DNA of 64,000 bases from an uncultured delta proteobacterium (GTDB lineage: Bacteria > Desulfobacterota > Binatia > UBA9968): contig CAVSHR010000008.1 of NCBI GenBank assembly GCA_963727625.1, forward strand, positions 64,001 to 128,000, given 5' to 3'. Made by a program: the position numbers and the translations under genes. Positions within the stretch are counted from its first letter, which is position 1; each line of letters begins with the position of its first letter. The notes under the pieces were generated by a model. It saw nothing but the letters and a program-made list of their open reading frames with translations. It ran no database searches and had not been told where the DNA came from. This document shows, piece by piece, positions 29,153 through 40,611 of this stretch.

Positions 29153-32100
29153 CAGTAGCCCGGTTGGTTCTTGACGATCTCGAAAATGCGCCAGCGTGGC
29201 CTCGCGGTCGCGATTGAGGAGCGGAAACAGCGCGTTCAGGACCTGCGTCTCGCGCGTGTGGTCGCCCTTCCAGCCGGCAGGCGCCCGCTCGCGCATCAGG
29301 CGGTCGATTTCCAGAGCCAGCTTGACCAGCTCATCTCCGTAGCTGGCGTGCGGCTCGGCCACCCCGCTGGCCACGGTGCGTCCAGCCGCGAGGATCCGCG
29401 GCAGATTGTTGAAGAGCACCGTGGCCTCGCGCTTGCCGTGCAGCGCCGCAGGCACCCCGCCGTCGGGTTGTTTTCGCGCCATGCCGCTTCACCAGCTCCT
29501 CCGCCTTCTTGAGGAACGCCTCATAGGCCGCGGCGTCGGCGCGGCTCTGCTTGATGAGATCATCCAGCAGCTTCGACATCTCCGCGTAAAACCTTGGGTC
29601 GGTGAGCTGGTCGCGGATGATGGTCTTGCGGACGTTGTTGATGATGCCCTCGGCAATCGCGTTGCGCGACAGCTTGCCCTTCTCATTCAGTTTGCGGGCG
29701 ATGGCGTCGTGGATGCCGGTCTCGATGATCAGCTCGGTGAGCGACAGCGAATTGAGGTTGCCCATATCCGCCGCCGGGTCGGCTTGAACGTAGGTGTTGA
29801 GCAGGTGCCGCATGTCGGCCTCGTAGGGCTTGATGTCCAGCTCCTCGCCCGAGTGCTTTTTGATGGCGGCGCGGGTGTCGCTATAGAACTCCACCTCTTT
29901 CTGCAACGCTGCGGTCTCGGCATCGGAGTAACCCGCCTCGGTGAGGTCCTGCGCGATGTCGGCGTAGGCGCGCACGAACGTGGCCACGGCCTTGTAGAAG
30001 GAAATGCGCAGCGGTTCGGTGTCGGCCAGTGCCTGAGGGTCTGCGGCGTCGCCGCAGAAATAAAGAAGATACTGCTCCATCTCACGCGGTGGCGAGCACC
30101 GGCTCGCAGAGATAGCGGAGCGCCTCGCGGGCGGCATCGAGTTGCTTCCGGCCTTCCTTCAGCCAGTCCTTCAGCTCGATGTTGTTGGTGCCGCCGTTGC
30201 CCTCGTCGATGTCCAGCTCGTCGGAGTTATAGACCGCAATGGCTTCCTGCACGTCCTCGAACAGCTTCTTGAAATCGACGATGTGGCCGTAGTCCTTGTC
30301 GTCGCCATCGAGGCGGTTGGTGCGGCAGATGGCTTGGAAGAGGTTGTGATCGTGCAACTCGTTATCGAGGTAGATGTAGGTGCAGCTCGGCGCGTCGAAG
30401 CCGGTCAGGAGCTTGCTCACCACGATCAGGAGCTTGAGTTGGCGGGCTCCTCGATGAAACGGCGCTTGGCTTCGTCCTCGTAGGCTCTTGGTCGTCTGGC
30501 CCCTTCTTCAGGACATGCTTGGTGTAGGTGTCGAACTTGTAGCGTTCGTCGCTGTTGGCCGGTTCGCGGGAAATAGCGTTGTGGTTCGGCTCGTAGGACG
30601 TGATGATCCCGCAGTATGTCCCGAAGGACGTGTTCTGGAACAGCCGGTAGTAGTGGCAAGCGTCGTAGATCGAGTCCGCCACCAAAATTGCCGTGCCCCG
30701 GTCGTTGTTCAGCCGTGGCTTGAGGCTGAAGTCCTCGATGACGCTGGCAATGATGCGCTGCTTGCGCTCGCCCGCGCTCATCAGCTCCTCCATGGTCGCC
30801 CAGCGTTTGCGGAGGACAGCTTTCTGAAAATTGTTCAGCGTCTTGGTCTTTTGCGCGAAGTAATCCTCGATGGCTTTCGGCGAAGTGAGTCGCTGGGGAA
30901 CGTCGCGGGCCTCATATTTCAGGTCGAGAATCACTCCATCTGCCACGCCCTCATGGAACTTGTAGGTGTGGATGTAGGTGCCGAAGATGTCGCGGGTTCT
31001 TAGCTTAACAGCGTCCTTTTTCAACAGCGGCGTGCCGGTGAAGCCGAGGAAAATCGCGTTTTCCAGCCACCGCTTCATTTGCCTGTTCATGTCACCGCCC
31101 TGGGTGCGGTGGCATTCATCCACGAATACGTAGAACCGGCCGTGAACGTGCGGCGGTGGGCCTGTAAGGTCAGCGGGGTCGAACTTGTGGATAAGCGCGC
31201 ACAGCAGCCGGGGCAGAGTGGCTCCCAGTTTGGCGACAAACTCCGCCCGCGACGCGATGCGCGGCGGTGGCGAGTTTTCGCCGATGACTCCGGCATTCTT
31301 CATCACGCCCTCGATCTGTTTGTCGAGCTCGTCGCGGTCGGTAACAACAAGAATGCGGGCCTCGGGGTCGTACTCCAGCAGCCACTTGGCGAGCAGCACC
31401 ATGAGGATGCTCTTGCCGCTGCCCTGCGTGTGCCAGATGACGCCGCCCTCGCGCTTGCGGATGCGTTCCTGCGCTGCCTTCACGCCAGCAAATTGATGCG
31501 GGCGCGGCACTTTCTTGATGCCGTCGTCGAAGATGATGAAGTTGCGAATGAGGTCGAGCAAGCGGGACTTCTCGCACATCTCGGCCAGCGGCCGGTCCAG
31601 CAGGGCGCCAGCGGTGAGCGCGGCGGTATTCGCCGCCTTCCACTCGACGAAGAACTCCTCCCTGGTGGTGACAGTGCCGTAGCGCAGCCCCTGTGAATCG
31701 CTGCCCGCGAAGACGAGCTGCACCGTCGGGAAGAAGCCCTTGTTGAAAATCTCCTCCTGGTTGGTGATGAGCTGGCGCACGCCGTCCGCGATCTCGACCG
31801 AGCTGCGCTTCAGCTCGATGACGCCGATGGCGATGCCATTCAGGTAAAGGACGAGGTCGGGCCGCCGCTCGTAGCCGCCGCGCAAGGTCACTTCCTCGGC
31901 GAGGGCGAAGTCGTTGTTCTCCGGGTGCTCCCAATCCACCAGATGCACCTGATCGTTCGGCTTTCCGGCGGCAATCTGCACCGACACGCCATAGCGCAGC
32001 AGTTGGTAGGTGCGCAGATTGGCCTGATAGAGGGTGATGCCGGTGGCATCCGCAGCGGCCATCAGCTTTTGCAGGGCGGCGGAGATGTGCGCCTCGGAAT

Positions 32101-32275
32101 AGCCGCGCCGCTTCAGGTTCGCCCGGAGCAGGTCCGCCTCGATGCAACGGTTGTTGTCCCGCTTGTTCCACTCGCCGAGGTAATCGTAGCCGAGGCAATC
32201 AGGCCGGGCCTTGTCCGTGAACAAATCGATGACGCGGTTCTGCGTCTTGCGTTCGGAGCGGGGTTGTTCAGGCAT
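29152..32275 (-). pseudogene. hsdR: Type I restriction endonuclease subunit R (frameshifts in C-terminal third)
   Basis: [48 protein letters not shown] and QAICRTNR; frame changes after ~30490. Confidence 0.92.
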
Positions 32276-32528
32276 GGGATTCCTTGAGTGAAATGCACCG
32301 CAGCCTCCCGGCGAGGAGTTCCTGCATCATGCCCTGTTTAGCCGGATGGCTGATCTGTTCCCCCGAATATTTGCATTTCGTCAGACAGTCGGTGAGAAGA
32401 TTCTCCTTGATTTTGCTGTTGTCCAGCCGGTCGGTCCAATCGCCGAGGTAACGGTAATAGAGTTTGTCGCGCAAAAGGGCGGCGACTCGGTTTTGTGTCA
32501 CGCGTTTTGGCCTCCCGGCTACGTTCAT
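32268..32528 (-). pseudogene. Chimeric remnant: HsdR-like N-terminus fused to HsdS-like C-terminus
   Basis: RVTQNRVAALL...YLGDWTDR resembles the HsdR start ([11 protein letters not shown]...YLGEW); [14 protein letters not shown] resembles the HsdS end (KQAMMQELLTGRTRL). Confidence 0.75.
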
Positions 32529-32533
32529 GCGAT

Positions 32534-33748
32534 TCAGCTTTTTTTCCCGGAGGTCTTCTTCGGTTTTGGTTTGAAGCTGGGGATGACACGGCGCATGAAC
32601 TCATCAAACAGCGGCACAGTAAACGCCATGTCGCCATGCTCTGGACTGTAAATCATCCCCTTCTTGATGAGACTGGCACGCACTGGTCCTAGCGTCGTTA
32701 TTTTAGCGCCGAGCGTTTCGGCGATGTCGCCGGTTCGGTATGGCCCCGCTCCAAGTTCAGCCATTGCGCGCAGATAGTCCTTTTCGCGTGGCGTAAGTCG
32801 GTCAAAGCGAACTCGGAAAAAGTTTTGATCCAATCGGTCTTGGACAATGGTGCTGGCCTCGCGCGTGATTTTCAGAGTGATCGGCGTTGCCGGTGCATGA
32901 TTCCACGCTTGATATCCCCATTCTTGAATGAAGTACGGATAGCCTTTGGTCAGGCGGACAATCTCTTTCAGTGCAGCGGCCTCAAACTCCACCCCTGCCA
33001 CCTTGACCGGGTCCTGCAATGCCTTGATTGCGTCGGGTTCCGACAATGCGCCGATGTCGGGGAAGTTAAAGAGCCGCTCGGCATATGATTTCGATTCGCC
33101 CGCCAGTCCGGGAAGTATCGGCAACCCCGCGCCAATCAGCACCAAGGGCAATTGGCGTTGCTGCATCCGATGCATCGCCATGATCAACGCGCTCAACTCC
33201 GCCGTTGTGAAATACTGAATTTCGTCAATCAGTATGGCCACCGCAACCTGCCGTTCTTCCGCCGCTTCAGCGACGGCGACAAACAGATTGGGCAAATCAA
33301 CTTCCAGATCCCCGCTGTCGGCTGTTCCTTTTTCCGGTTCGATGTCGAGGCTAAATTCAAGGTCGCCATAGGATACCTTGACCGCAGTGATAAAACTCTT
33401 CAGCACGCCAATACCCCGCCGCACCTTGTCGCCGGCAGCCTTGATCCGGTCTAATTCGAACAGCAGTCGACGCAGATGCGGCGCGAGCAGCGTCGCCAGC
33501 CGTTTGTCTTCGTGCGCCTCAATTAAGATCGTGCGATACCCCTCGGCTTGCGCTAGGCGCTCAATCTCAATAAGCAACACTGTCTTGCCAACCCCCCGCA
33601 GGCCGGTCAGAAGAATGCTTTTCTCCGGGCGTTTTATCTTGACTCGTCCGAGTAGAACCCTTGCCTGCTCCAGAACGCTGTCGCGGCCGGCCAGTTCTGG
33701 CGGCGGCGATCCCGCTCCCGGTGAAAATGGGTTCTTAATCCTGTCCAT
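32534..33748 (-). CDS. AAA_16/archaeal-type ATPase with C-terminal winged-helix-like region
   Basis: NPFSPGAG..P.LAGR, Walker A GLRGVGKT, Walker B ILIDEIQ, GYPYFIQ; intact 404-aa ORF. Confidence 0.85.
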   Translation of the reverse strand: MDRIKNPFSPGAGSPPPELAGRDSVLEQARVLLGRVKIKRPEKSILLTGLRGVGKTVLLIEIERLAQAEGYRTILIEAHEDKRLATLLAPHLRRLLFELDRIKAAGDKVRRGIGVLKSFITAVKVSYGDLEFSLDIEPEKGTADSGDLEVDLPNLFVAVAEAAEERQVAVAILIDEIQYFTTAELSALIMAMHRMQQRQLPLVLIGAGLPILPGLAGESKSYAERLFNFPDIGALSEPDAIKALQDPVKVAGVEFEAAALKEIVRLTKGYPYFIQEWGYQAWNHAPATPITLKITREASTIVQDRLDQNFFRVRFDRLTPREKDYLRAMAELGAGPYRTGDIAETLGAKITTLGPVRASLIKKGMIYSPEHGDMAFTVPLFDEFMRRVIPSFKPKPKKTSGKKS

Positions 33749-33818
33749 GGTGGTTTTCCAGTTTATACCGATTTATTCACGTTTATACGGCCAGCACCGT
33801 ATACATGCGTATACTTTG

Positions 33819-35066
33819 CTACACCAGTCTGGTCCTCCCAGTGAGGAGTTCCTGCATCATGGCTTGCTTGAGGGCGCGGGTCTTCTCCCGCCGCTGCTCC
33901 AGCGCCGCCAGCTCCGCGTCCATGTCCGTCAGCACCTCGGCGATGGCGGTTTGTTCGGGGGGGTGAGGCGGCTGGGAACCGAGGGCTCTTAACTTTGGGG
34001 GCGTCAAACGGGTGATGGCATTTCGCTCAATTGCGACTTGACGCGATCTGCCGAAATTGCACAGAATGATAATGAAATACGTGGCGAATGATGCCGACTA
34101 TCGAGAGCGAAGATCGCAACAACTGGAAAGAGAGGTTGATGTTCATTCATTCGGCTTCCAAGCGCATAACCTGCGTTGCAGCGATCGTAGAGTCAGCAGA
34201 AGGTCGCTCTATCTTACATCGCAGCGAGCATAGATCTTGAAAGTTCATCGTACTGAATGCGTTGGCGGTGGACATGTCGAGCAGCCCGAAGCGGATGTTC
34301 ATTGACGTGACATACAAGAGTCGTTGCCTCCTAGCTTGGGGAAAAGTCGTCCCCTCTTGGATCTATCCTGCGAATCTCATGAAGCCGTCTTCACCTCCCA
34401 CTCGCCGTGGAAGCCGGGGAGGCGGGTTTGGCCGGTGAGGAGTTGCTGCATGGCGGCCTGTTTGAGGTCGCGCTTCTTGGCGATGAGCCGGTCCAGCCCG
34501 CCCAGCAGCCCATCCACATCGCTCAACGCCGTCGCGATGGCGCGTTGTTCGGGCGAGGGACGGCGACAGTGGAATCGAAGATCTCGCCAAATCTGCACCA
34601 ACGTTTGGCTGCGGAGCGCCGCCCGGCCGCATCTCTGATCATTCGAGCGCAGATCGTGGAACTGAAGTAAGCAACTAGATATCCGCGACTCAGTGCCGCT
34701 TTGCTGTAGCGCGAATAATCGCGACTGACTTGCTATTGCGCCTTGGCCCGGAAGTTACTGCTCACGACGCCAACTATGCCAAGCGAGCTGCAATCGAAAT
34801 CGAGTATGTCGCCGGCTTTGATCTTGGCATCCGCCAAGCCGGTTAGAGGCCTCGCTGGTGATGTAGTGCGTTTCATTAGAATCGAGATTGCCCTCTGCGA
34901 TATGGCCAGCCTTGATGAACGGGATGCACTCTGCCGGTGTCCACGTCAGCCTAGTTACTGCTTCGGTAACCGTTCTCGAACAACCGATTCTGCCAAGCGT
35001 AGAGACCTCCCACTCCTCCGGGATGACGCCGACCTCGGTCTGTTTGTAGCCGGGTTTCACTTCCAT
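33819..35066 (-). pseudogene. hsdS: Type I restriction-modification specificity subunit (heavily frameshifted)
   Basis: GYKQTEVGVIPEEWEV; central EQRAIATALSDVD...KQAAMQQLLTG; terminal EQTAIAEVL...KQAMMQELLTG. Neither TRD can be read in one frame. Confidence 0.88.
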
Positions 35067-37558
35067 ACCGCTCCCATCTTTTTGAGGTGTTCGTCCACGC
35101 GGGCGGCGAGCGTCGCCACTTCATCGGTGAGCTGCGGCAGCGGGGTGGCGTAGCGTTCGGCGAGTTGGCGGATGCGGCCGGTGAGGGTTTGCGAGACGCG
35201 GTCCAGCTCGCCCTGCACGGCGGCGGCGAGCGTGGCCAGCCATTTGTCGTCCACCACGAGGGTCTTGATTTCGTCCTCGGTGAGCGTGGGGTATTTGGCG
35301 TCGAGCTTGGCTTCGAGGTCTTCCTGCGCGGCTTTGAGCCGGGCCTTGGCGTCGGCCTGCTGGTCGAGCAACGCGGCGTAGTCTTCGAGGGCCTGGCGTT
35401 CCTCGGCGTAGTCCGGGTCGCGGCCGATTTCCTTGAGGCGGGCCTTCACGGCTTTGGCGGTGATTTTCTGCTTCTCGCCCTCGCCTTCGATGACTTCCGC
35501 GAGCAGCCCTTCCTCGCCGCTTTGCTCCTCGCGCTTTTCGTCGAGCTGCTGCTCGATGCCGGCGAGTTCGGCTTCGAGGGCGGCGATGGCATCCCGCTCG
35601 GCGGCGAAATAGCGGGCGATGAGAATGGCGGCGGGGACGAGGTCGGACTTGAAGCGGCGCTTGCCCTTCTTGAAGTCTTCCTTCTCGGGCCAGACGAGTT
35701 TGCTTTCCTTGTTTTTGACCTGACGGATTTCGCGGGGCTGCGCGCCCGCCTTCCACCCGGCATCGGCGATGAGGTAGCAATCGTCCTGCATGGTCTCGGC
35801 CCAGTAGTCCATGAGGTGCTGATAGACATCGTAGGCGTCGAGCAGCGGCGCGGTCTTGAAGGTGGCGAGCAGGTCCTCGGCGATGGTTTCGATGAGCGGC
35901 TTGGGATGGCCGTCCTGGGCGAAGCCTTTGAGCTGCGGCGTGCTGGCCTTTTTCCATTTGGTGAAGAGCTTGGTGGCGGACTCGTTGAAGGCGGTGAACT
36001 CGGCGTGGCCGAAGATGGCGGGCTTCACTTCGGCGATGGGGAGCTTCAGCTGCAGAGTAGCCGGGGCGGTTAGCGTTCTTGAACAAGGCGGCGCGCATGC
36101 CGGGCATGATTTTCCAGTAGTTGCCGAGGGCATCGAGGTCGCGCTCGGGGATGCCGCCGCGCAGGTGGCCGTCGATGTCCTGCAAGTCCTCCGGCTCGGT
36201 GCTGTCGATGTAGCGCGGGAGGTTGAGGTTGTAGTCGTTCTTCGGGTCGGCGATTTCCTCGACGGGCACCATGCGGGCGTAGCGCGGGTCGCTTTCATCC
36301 TGCCGGGTGAAGGTGTCCACGATCTTGTGGATGTCCTGCTCGCGGAGGCGGTTCTTCGGGCCGTCCTTCTTGAAGCCCTTGGAGGCATCAATCATGAAGA
36401 TGCCCTTGCGGGCGGTGGCGTTTTCCTTGTCGAGCACGACGATGCAGGCCGGGATGCCGGTGCCGTAAAAGAGATTGGCGGGCAGGCCGATGATGGCCTT
36501 GAGGTAGCCGCGAGCGGACGAGCTGCTGGCGGATGACGGCCTCGGCATTGCCCCGAAAGAGGACGCCGTGCGGCAGAATGCAGGCGCCTTTGCCCGTGCT
36601 CTTCAGCGAGCGGATGATGTGCAGGAGGTAGGCGTAGTCGCCCTGCTTCTTCGGCGGCACGCCCCAGTTGAAGCGCTGGAATTTGTCGCCTTTGCCGCTC
36701 TCGCCCAGGCTGAGGCCGGTGGACCAGCGTCTTGTCCGAGAAGGGCGGATTGGCGACGACGTAGTCGTAGGTGCGGAGCTGCTCGCCGTCCTTGAACTTG
36801 GGATCGAAGAGCGTGTTGCCCGAGAGCACGTTGGCCGTCGGGAAGTCGTGCAGGATCATGTTCATGCGGGCGAGACCGGCGGTGGTCACGTCCTTCTCCT
36901 GCCCTTCGAGGGTGATGTGCGTGCCGGCCTCGGCGGCGACCTTGAGCAAGCAGCGAACCAGAGCCGCAGGTGGGGTCGTAGGCGGTGGTGGCCGCTTTGG
37001 AGTTGGCCGGCGAGATGCCGATGGCCTTGGCCATGATGCGGCTGACTTCGGACGGGGTGTAGAACTGGCCCTTGCTCTTGCCGCTCTCGGTGGCGAAGTG
37101 CCGCATGAGATACTCGTAGGCATCGCCAAGGATGTCGTCGTTCTCGGCGCGGTTCTTCGAGAAATCGAGCGCGGGGTTCTCGAAGATGGCGATGAGGTTG
37201 GCGAGCTTCTCGACCATCTGCTGGCCCGTCGCCGAGCTTGGTCGGATCGTTGAAGTCGGGGAAGTCGCTACGGGCGAGGCGGGAGTTGGCGTCGATCAGC
37301 GGCTGGATGACCTGGGTGTTGATCTTGTTCGCCGATGTCGCTGTTGCCCTTGAGCGCGACCATGTCCTTGAAGCTCGCTCCCTTCGGAATGACGACCGGC
37401 GGAGCGAAGTCGTCGGAGTCGCCGTATTTGTCGGAGACATATTTGATGAACAGCATGAACAGGACGTAGTCCTTGTATTGGCTGGCATCCATGCCGCCGC
37501 GCAGTTCGTCGCAGGAGGCCCAGAGGGAGGAGTAGAGGTCGGATTTCTTGACGGCCAT
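35057..37558 (-). pseudogene. hsdM: Type I restriction-modification methyltransferase, long form (frameshifted)
   Basis: MAVKKSDLYSSLWASCDELRGGMD, GQFYTP, YDPTCGSG, NPPF, PHGVLFRG and YNLNLPRYI are spread over several frames. Confidence 0.92.
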
Positions 37559-37779
37559 TGGCGCCTGAATTCCTTTGTTACAGTCTGCGGTTCGGGAAAC
37601 GGTGCCAGGACGGGTCAAAAATTCACGCACGGTAAAAATAGACTTTTTGGGAAGCGGGCCGCGTAAGTCCGGTTTAGTAGTTGGTTTGCCGATTTGGCTT
37701 TTCCGCCTTCCCCTACTATTTACTGTAACGTCCGGTATAATCCAAGGAGATTTGACCAGGATAATCGAGGAGGAAACGC

Positions 37780-38991
37780 ATGGCTCGACATTTCTCGACC
37801 AAAGACTTCTTCCGGCAGATTCCGAATGCGCTGCTCGCCCGCTATTTTCAAGCGCGGAGGGTGTTCTTGGATCTGGATTTCTCGGCGATGAAGGAGACCA
37901 GCCGGACGGGTTGTTCGACGGCGTGGTTGGCCCTGCCGGAGACCAGCGCCACGAGATGGACGCAGAGTTTCGCGAGATTTTCGAGCTGAGCTGTGAAAAG
38001 GGCTTCCGGGCGATCATTGACGAGGCGGAGTGGCATCTTGGCGACGATCCGGACGCCCGCCACGAGCTCATCGGCTCAGCTTTCGGCGCTATCCAATCAC
38101 TTCGAGCGGGCGATGGTCACTTTTCTGGACCACAATGAATACTGGAAGGGCGCGACGCTTTTCTATCACGCGGACACACTGCCCTATTGGCGCAAGCGCA
38201 AAAACTTTCCTCATGTCCCAGCAAATGTGGACGAGGCGAACCTCCAAGCACTGGCGGGGCTGATCCGCACCTATTTTCACCACACCGAAGGCCGGGGCAA
38301 TAACTGTGTGGTCGAGCCGTTCCGCCGTGGCGAGCTGGATTACTTCTTTGCTTACCCTGAGGACTATTCGCAGCATACCATCGAATGGGTCAACGGCGAG
38401 TTTGCCACCCGGCCGCACAACCCGGCGTTTGAAGTGATCTGCGTCTATTCGCAAAAAGACGGCACGCTCGACTTGAACTTTCGAGGGGCGAAGAAAGCCG
38501 TCGAACCGTTGCAGGGCATGTTCGCGACGGCGATCCTCAAGCTGCCGGGGCTTCCTGCCGACCCGAAGGACGACCGGGTGTACGACCTCAATCCGCTGCG
38601 CAACAAAAGTTTCGATTTCACCTGGGACCCGGCGAGCGGCATTGAGGAAGTGGCAGTGAAGAAGCTGCGGCTATCCTCCAAGATGACCAAAGGCGAGCGA
38701 ATCACCTTGGAGACCGATGCAATGAACGATCCGGGTTCGATCTACGACCTGCTGGAAAAGGTCAGTAAATCTAATCCGTTACACCTCTACAACGTGACGC
38801 AAGCGGAGATCGGCGCCTTGGTTGCCATGGATAATAAAAAACCGGCGAAATCGGTGACCATCCGAATCACGTTTCCAAACTCCTGTTCGCTCAAATACGA
38901 CGAGCTGGATTTGAAGCTTCGCGACATGCTGCACGCCTCCGGCATCGAACCGCGCGAGCCGGCAGAAGAAGAGAAAGCTTCAGACGAATGA
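37780..38991 (+). CDS. Hypothetical island protein OrfA (~400 aa, frameshifts in 5' part)
   Basis: GAGGAGG RBS, then MARHFSTKDFFRQIP; the protein-like sequence continues through two or three frame changes to ...ITFPNSCSLKYD; overlaps the OrfB start. Confidence 0.7.
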
Positions 38992-39776
38992 CGCCTGAGT
39001 CCGCTTTGATCGAGCTGCTTGTCCGTGTCGGTGCGCGGGACGGTGCGGCGGTTTTTGTCAGCGGCGAAGAACTGAGCCAGTGGCCGGTGCCTGCGGTCGC
39101 GGCCCTGAAATCGCAGAAGCTGCTCGTCAAGACGCGGCCGGCGAGAAGCGTGGTGTGTCCCGGCTGCGAGCGGGAGTGTGTCATGCCCGTGCATACGCTC
39201 CCCCGCGCCGGCAGCGCGGCGGTATCGTTCGTCGTGTGCGACAAACGCGACGACATCAATCGCGTGCCGGTTTCCGCTGAACGGCTGACGCAATGGCGGT
39301 GCGACGCTGAAGCTGTATGCGGGTTCATTACCAAGAGTCTCGGATTGCGCCGGAGCGAGCAGCATTCTACCGAGCTGGCGCTTTGGAACATCGGAATTGC
39401 CCGAGGCGAAAAGCGCAGCCAGATATTGACGCTCAGAGCGGATAGTGAGCTAAGCCTCGTTGCGGGCGACAAAGCCGTGCCGCTGGCGGAACTCGTTAGC
39501 TTCGGTGACGGCAGATATTCGGTTGACGCCTCGACGGCCCGCGAACTGGTGGACGCGGCGAGCACGGCGGACCCTCGCTACACGCCAAGCAACGCGAGGC
39601 GCGAAGCGCGGAAACTCGACACTCAGGCGATGTACGAGGAATGGCGGAAAGCGTACCGGCAACTGAAACGGCAACACCCCCATATGTCCGATGTATGGTA
39701 TTCGCGGCAAATTGCCAAGATGGATATTGCCACTCGCCGTAACTCGGACACGGTCCGAAAGCACATGAAGAAATAA
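38988..39776 (+). CDS. Hypothetical island protein OrfB (Cys cluster, possible C-terminal HTH)
   Basis: ATGA overlap with OrfA; CPGCEREC...C motif; basic helical C-terminus. Confidence 0.75.
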   Translation: MTPESALIELLVRVGARDGAAVFVSGEELSQWPVPAVAALKSQKLLVKTRPARSVVCPGCERECVMPVHTLPRAGSAAVSFVVCDKRDDINRVPVSAERLTQWRCDAEAVCGFITKSLGLRRSEQHSTELALWNIGIARGEKRSQILTLRADSELSLVAGDKAVPLAELVSFGDGRYSVDASTARELVDAASTADPRYTPSNARREARKLDTQAMYEEWRKAYRQLKRQHPHMSDVWYSRQIAKMDIATRRNSDTVRKHMKK

Positions 39777-39781
39777 AAAAG
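39766..39781 (+). repeat. 16-bp direct repeat TGAAGAAATAAAAAAG, copy 1
   Basis: Identical to 41083-41098; contains the OrfB stop codon. Confidence 0.8.
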
Positions 39782-39914
39782 ATTGAACTTGGGATAAGGC
39801 GAGAATAATCAACATCGAGTACCACGAGCGCTTCGGAAGCACGGCGCGAAATCCGACTTGCGATCTGCTTGGAGCAGTGACGGTGAATCGAAAACGCCAG
39901 AAAGAAGGAGTCCA

Positions 39915-40469
39915 TTGAGCCAAAGTACAACTAACGATCTGCTGATTCTGCGGGCCGTGCGTTTCGCAGCCGAGCGCCACCGTAACCAACGGAGAAAAGA
40001 CGAAGAAGCTTCGCCCTATATCAATCACCCGATCTCGGTTTCTTTATTGCTGGCCGACGTGGGGGGCATTACAGACCCCGAGATCCTGGCGGCGGCGATT
40101 CTTCACGACACCATCGAAGACACCCGCACCACGCCCGCCGAGTTGCAGGAAGCCTTCGGCGCCAGAGTCCGCGGTATTGTCGATGAGGTGACCGACGACA
40201 AGAGCCTCGCCAAAGAAGTACGCAAGCAGCTCCAGATCGAACATGCGCGCCATCTCTCGCCCGGCGCGGCGCTGATCAAACTGGGCGATAAGATTTCCAA
40301 CGTGCTCGACGTGGCCAACTCGCCACCGACCGGATGGAGTCTTGACCGGCGCAAGGAATATCTCGACTGGGCCGAGGCAGTGGTTCAGAGCTGTCCGAAA
40401 GTCAATTCAGAGCTGGAGAGCTACTTCGCGAGGGTTCTCGGAGAGTGCCGGCAAAAGCTCGACGTCTAG
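39915..40469 (+). CDS. Stand-alone HD-domain (p)ppGpp hydrolase-like protein (SAH/Mesh1-like)
   Basis: FAAERHRNQRRK, PYINHP, LHDTIEDT, VTDDK and KLGDKISN; AAGGAG RBS before TTG 39915. Confidence 0.88.
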   Translation: MSQSTTNDLLILRAVRFAAERHRNQRRKDEEASPYINHPISVSLLLADVGGITDPEILAAAILHDTIEDTRTTPAELQEAFGARVRGIVDEVTDDKSLAKEVRKQLQIEHARHLSPGAALIKLGDKISNVLDVANSPPTGWSLDRRKEYLDWAEAVVQSCPKVNSELESYFARVLGECRQKLDV

Positions 40470-40611
40470 GCGGCGGTCGCGGAACCCCCCCTTGACCGAG
40501 CTTGACTCTGGTCTAGCGGACGAAATAGGCTGCGGGTTAGAAGCGAAATCGGCCAACCGATATCTGTCGCCACCTGCGGTGGCTCGCAAGTTTTGAGTGA
40601 TTAGGTGCCAC

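Noticed and set aside
33819-35066. Invertible hsdS shufflon
   Set aside because: There is only one hsdS, with no inverted silent TRD copy or inverted repeats; the extra hsdS tail is in direct orientation.
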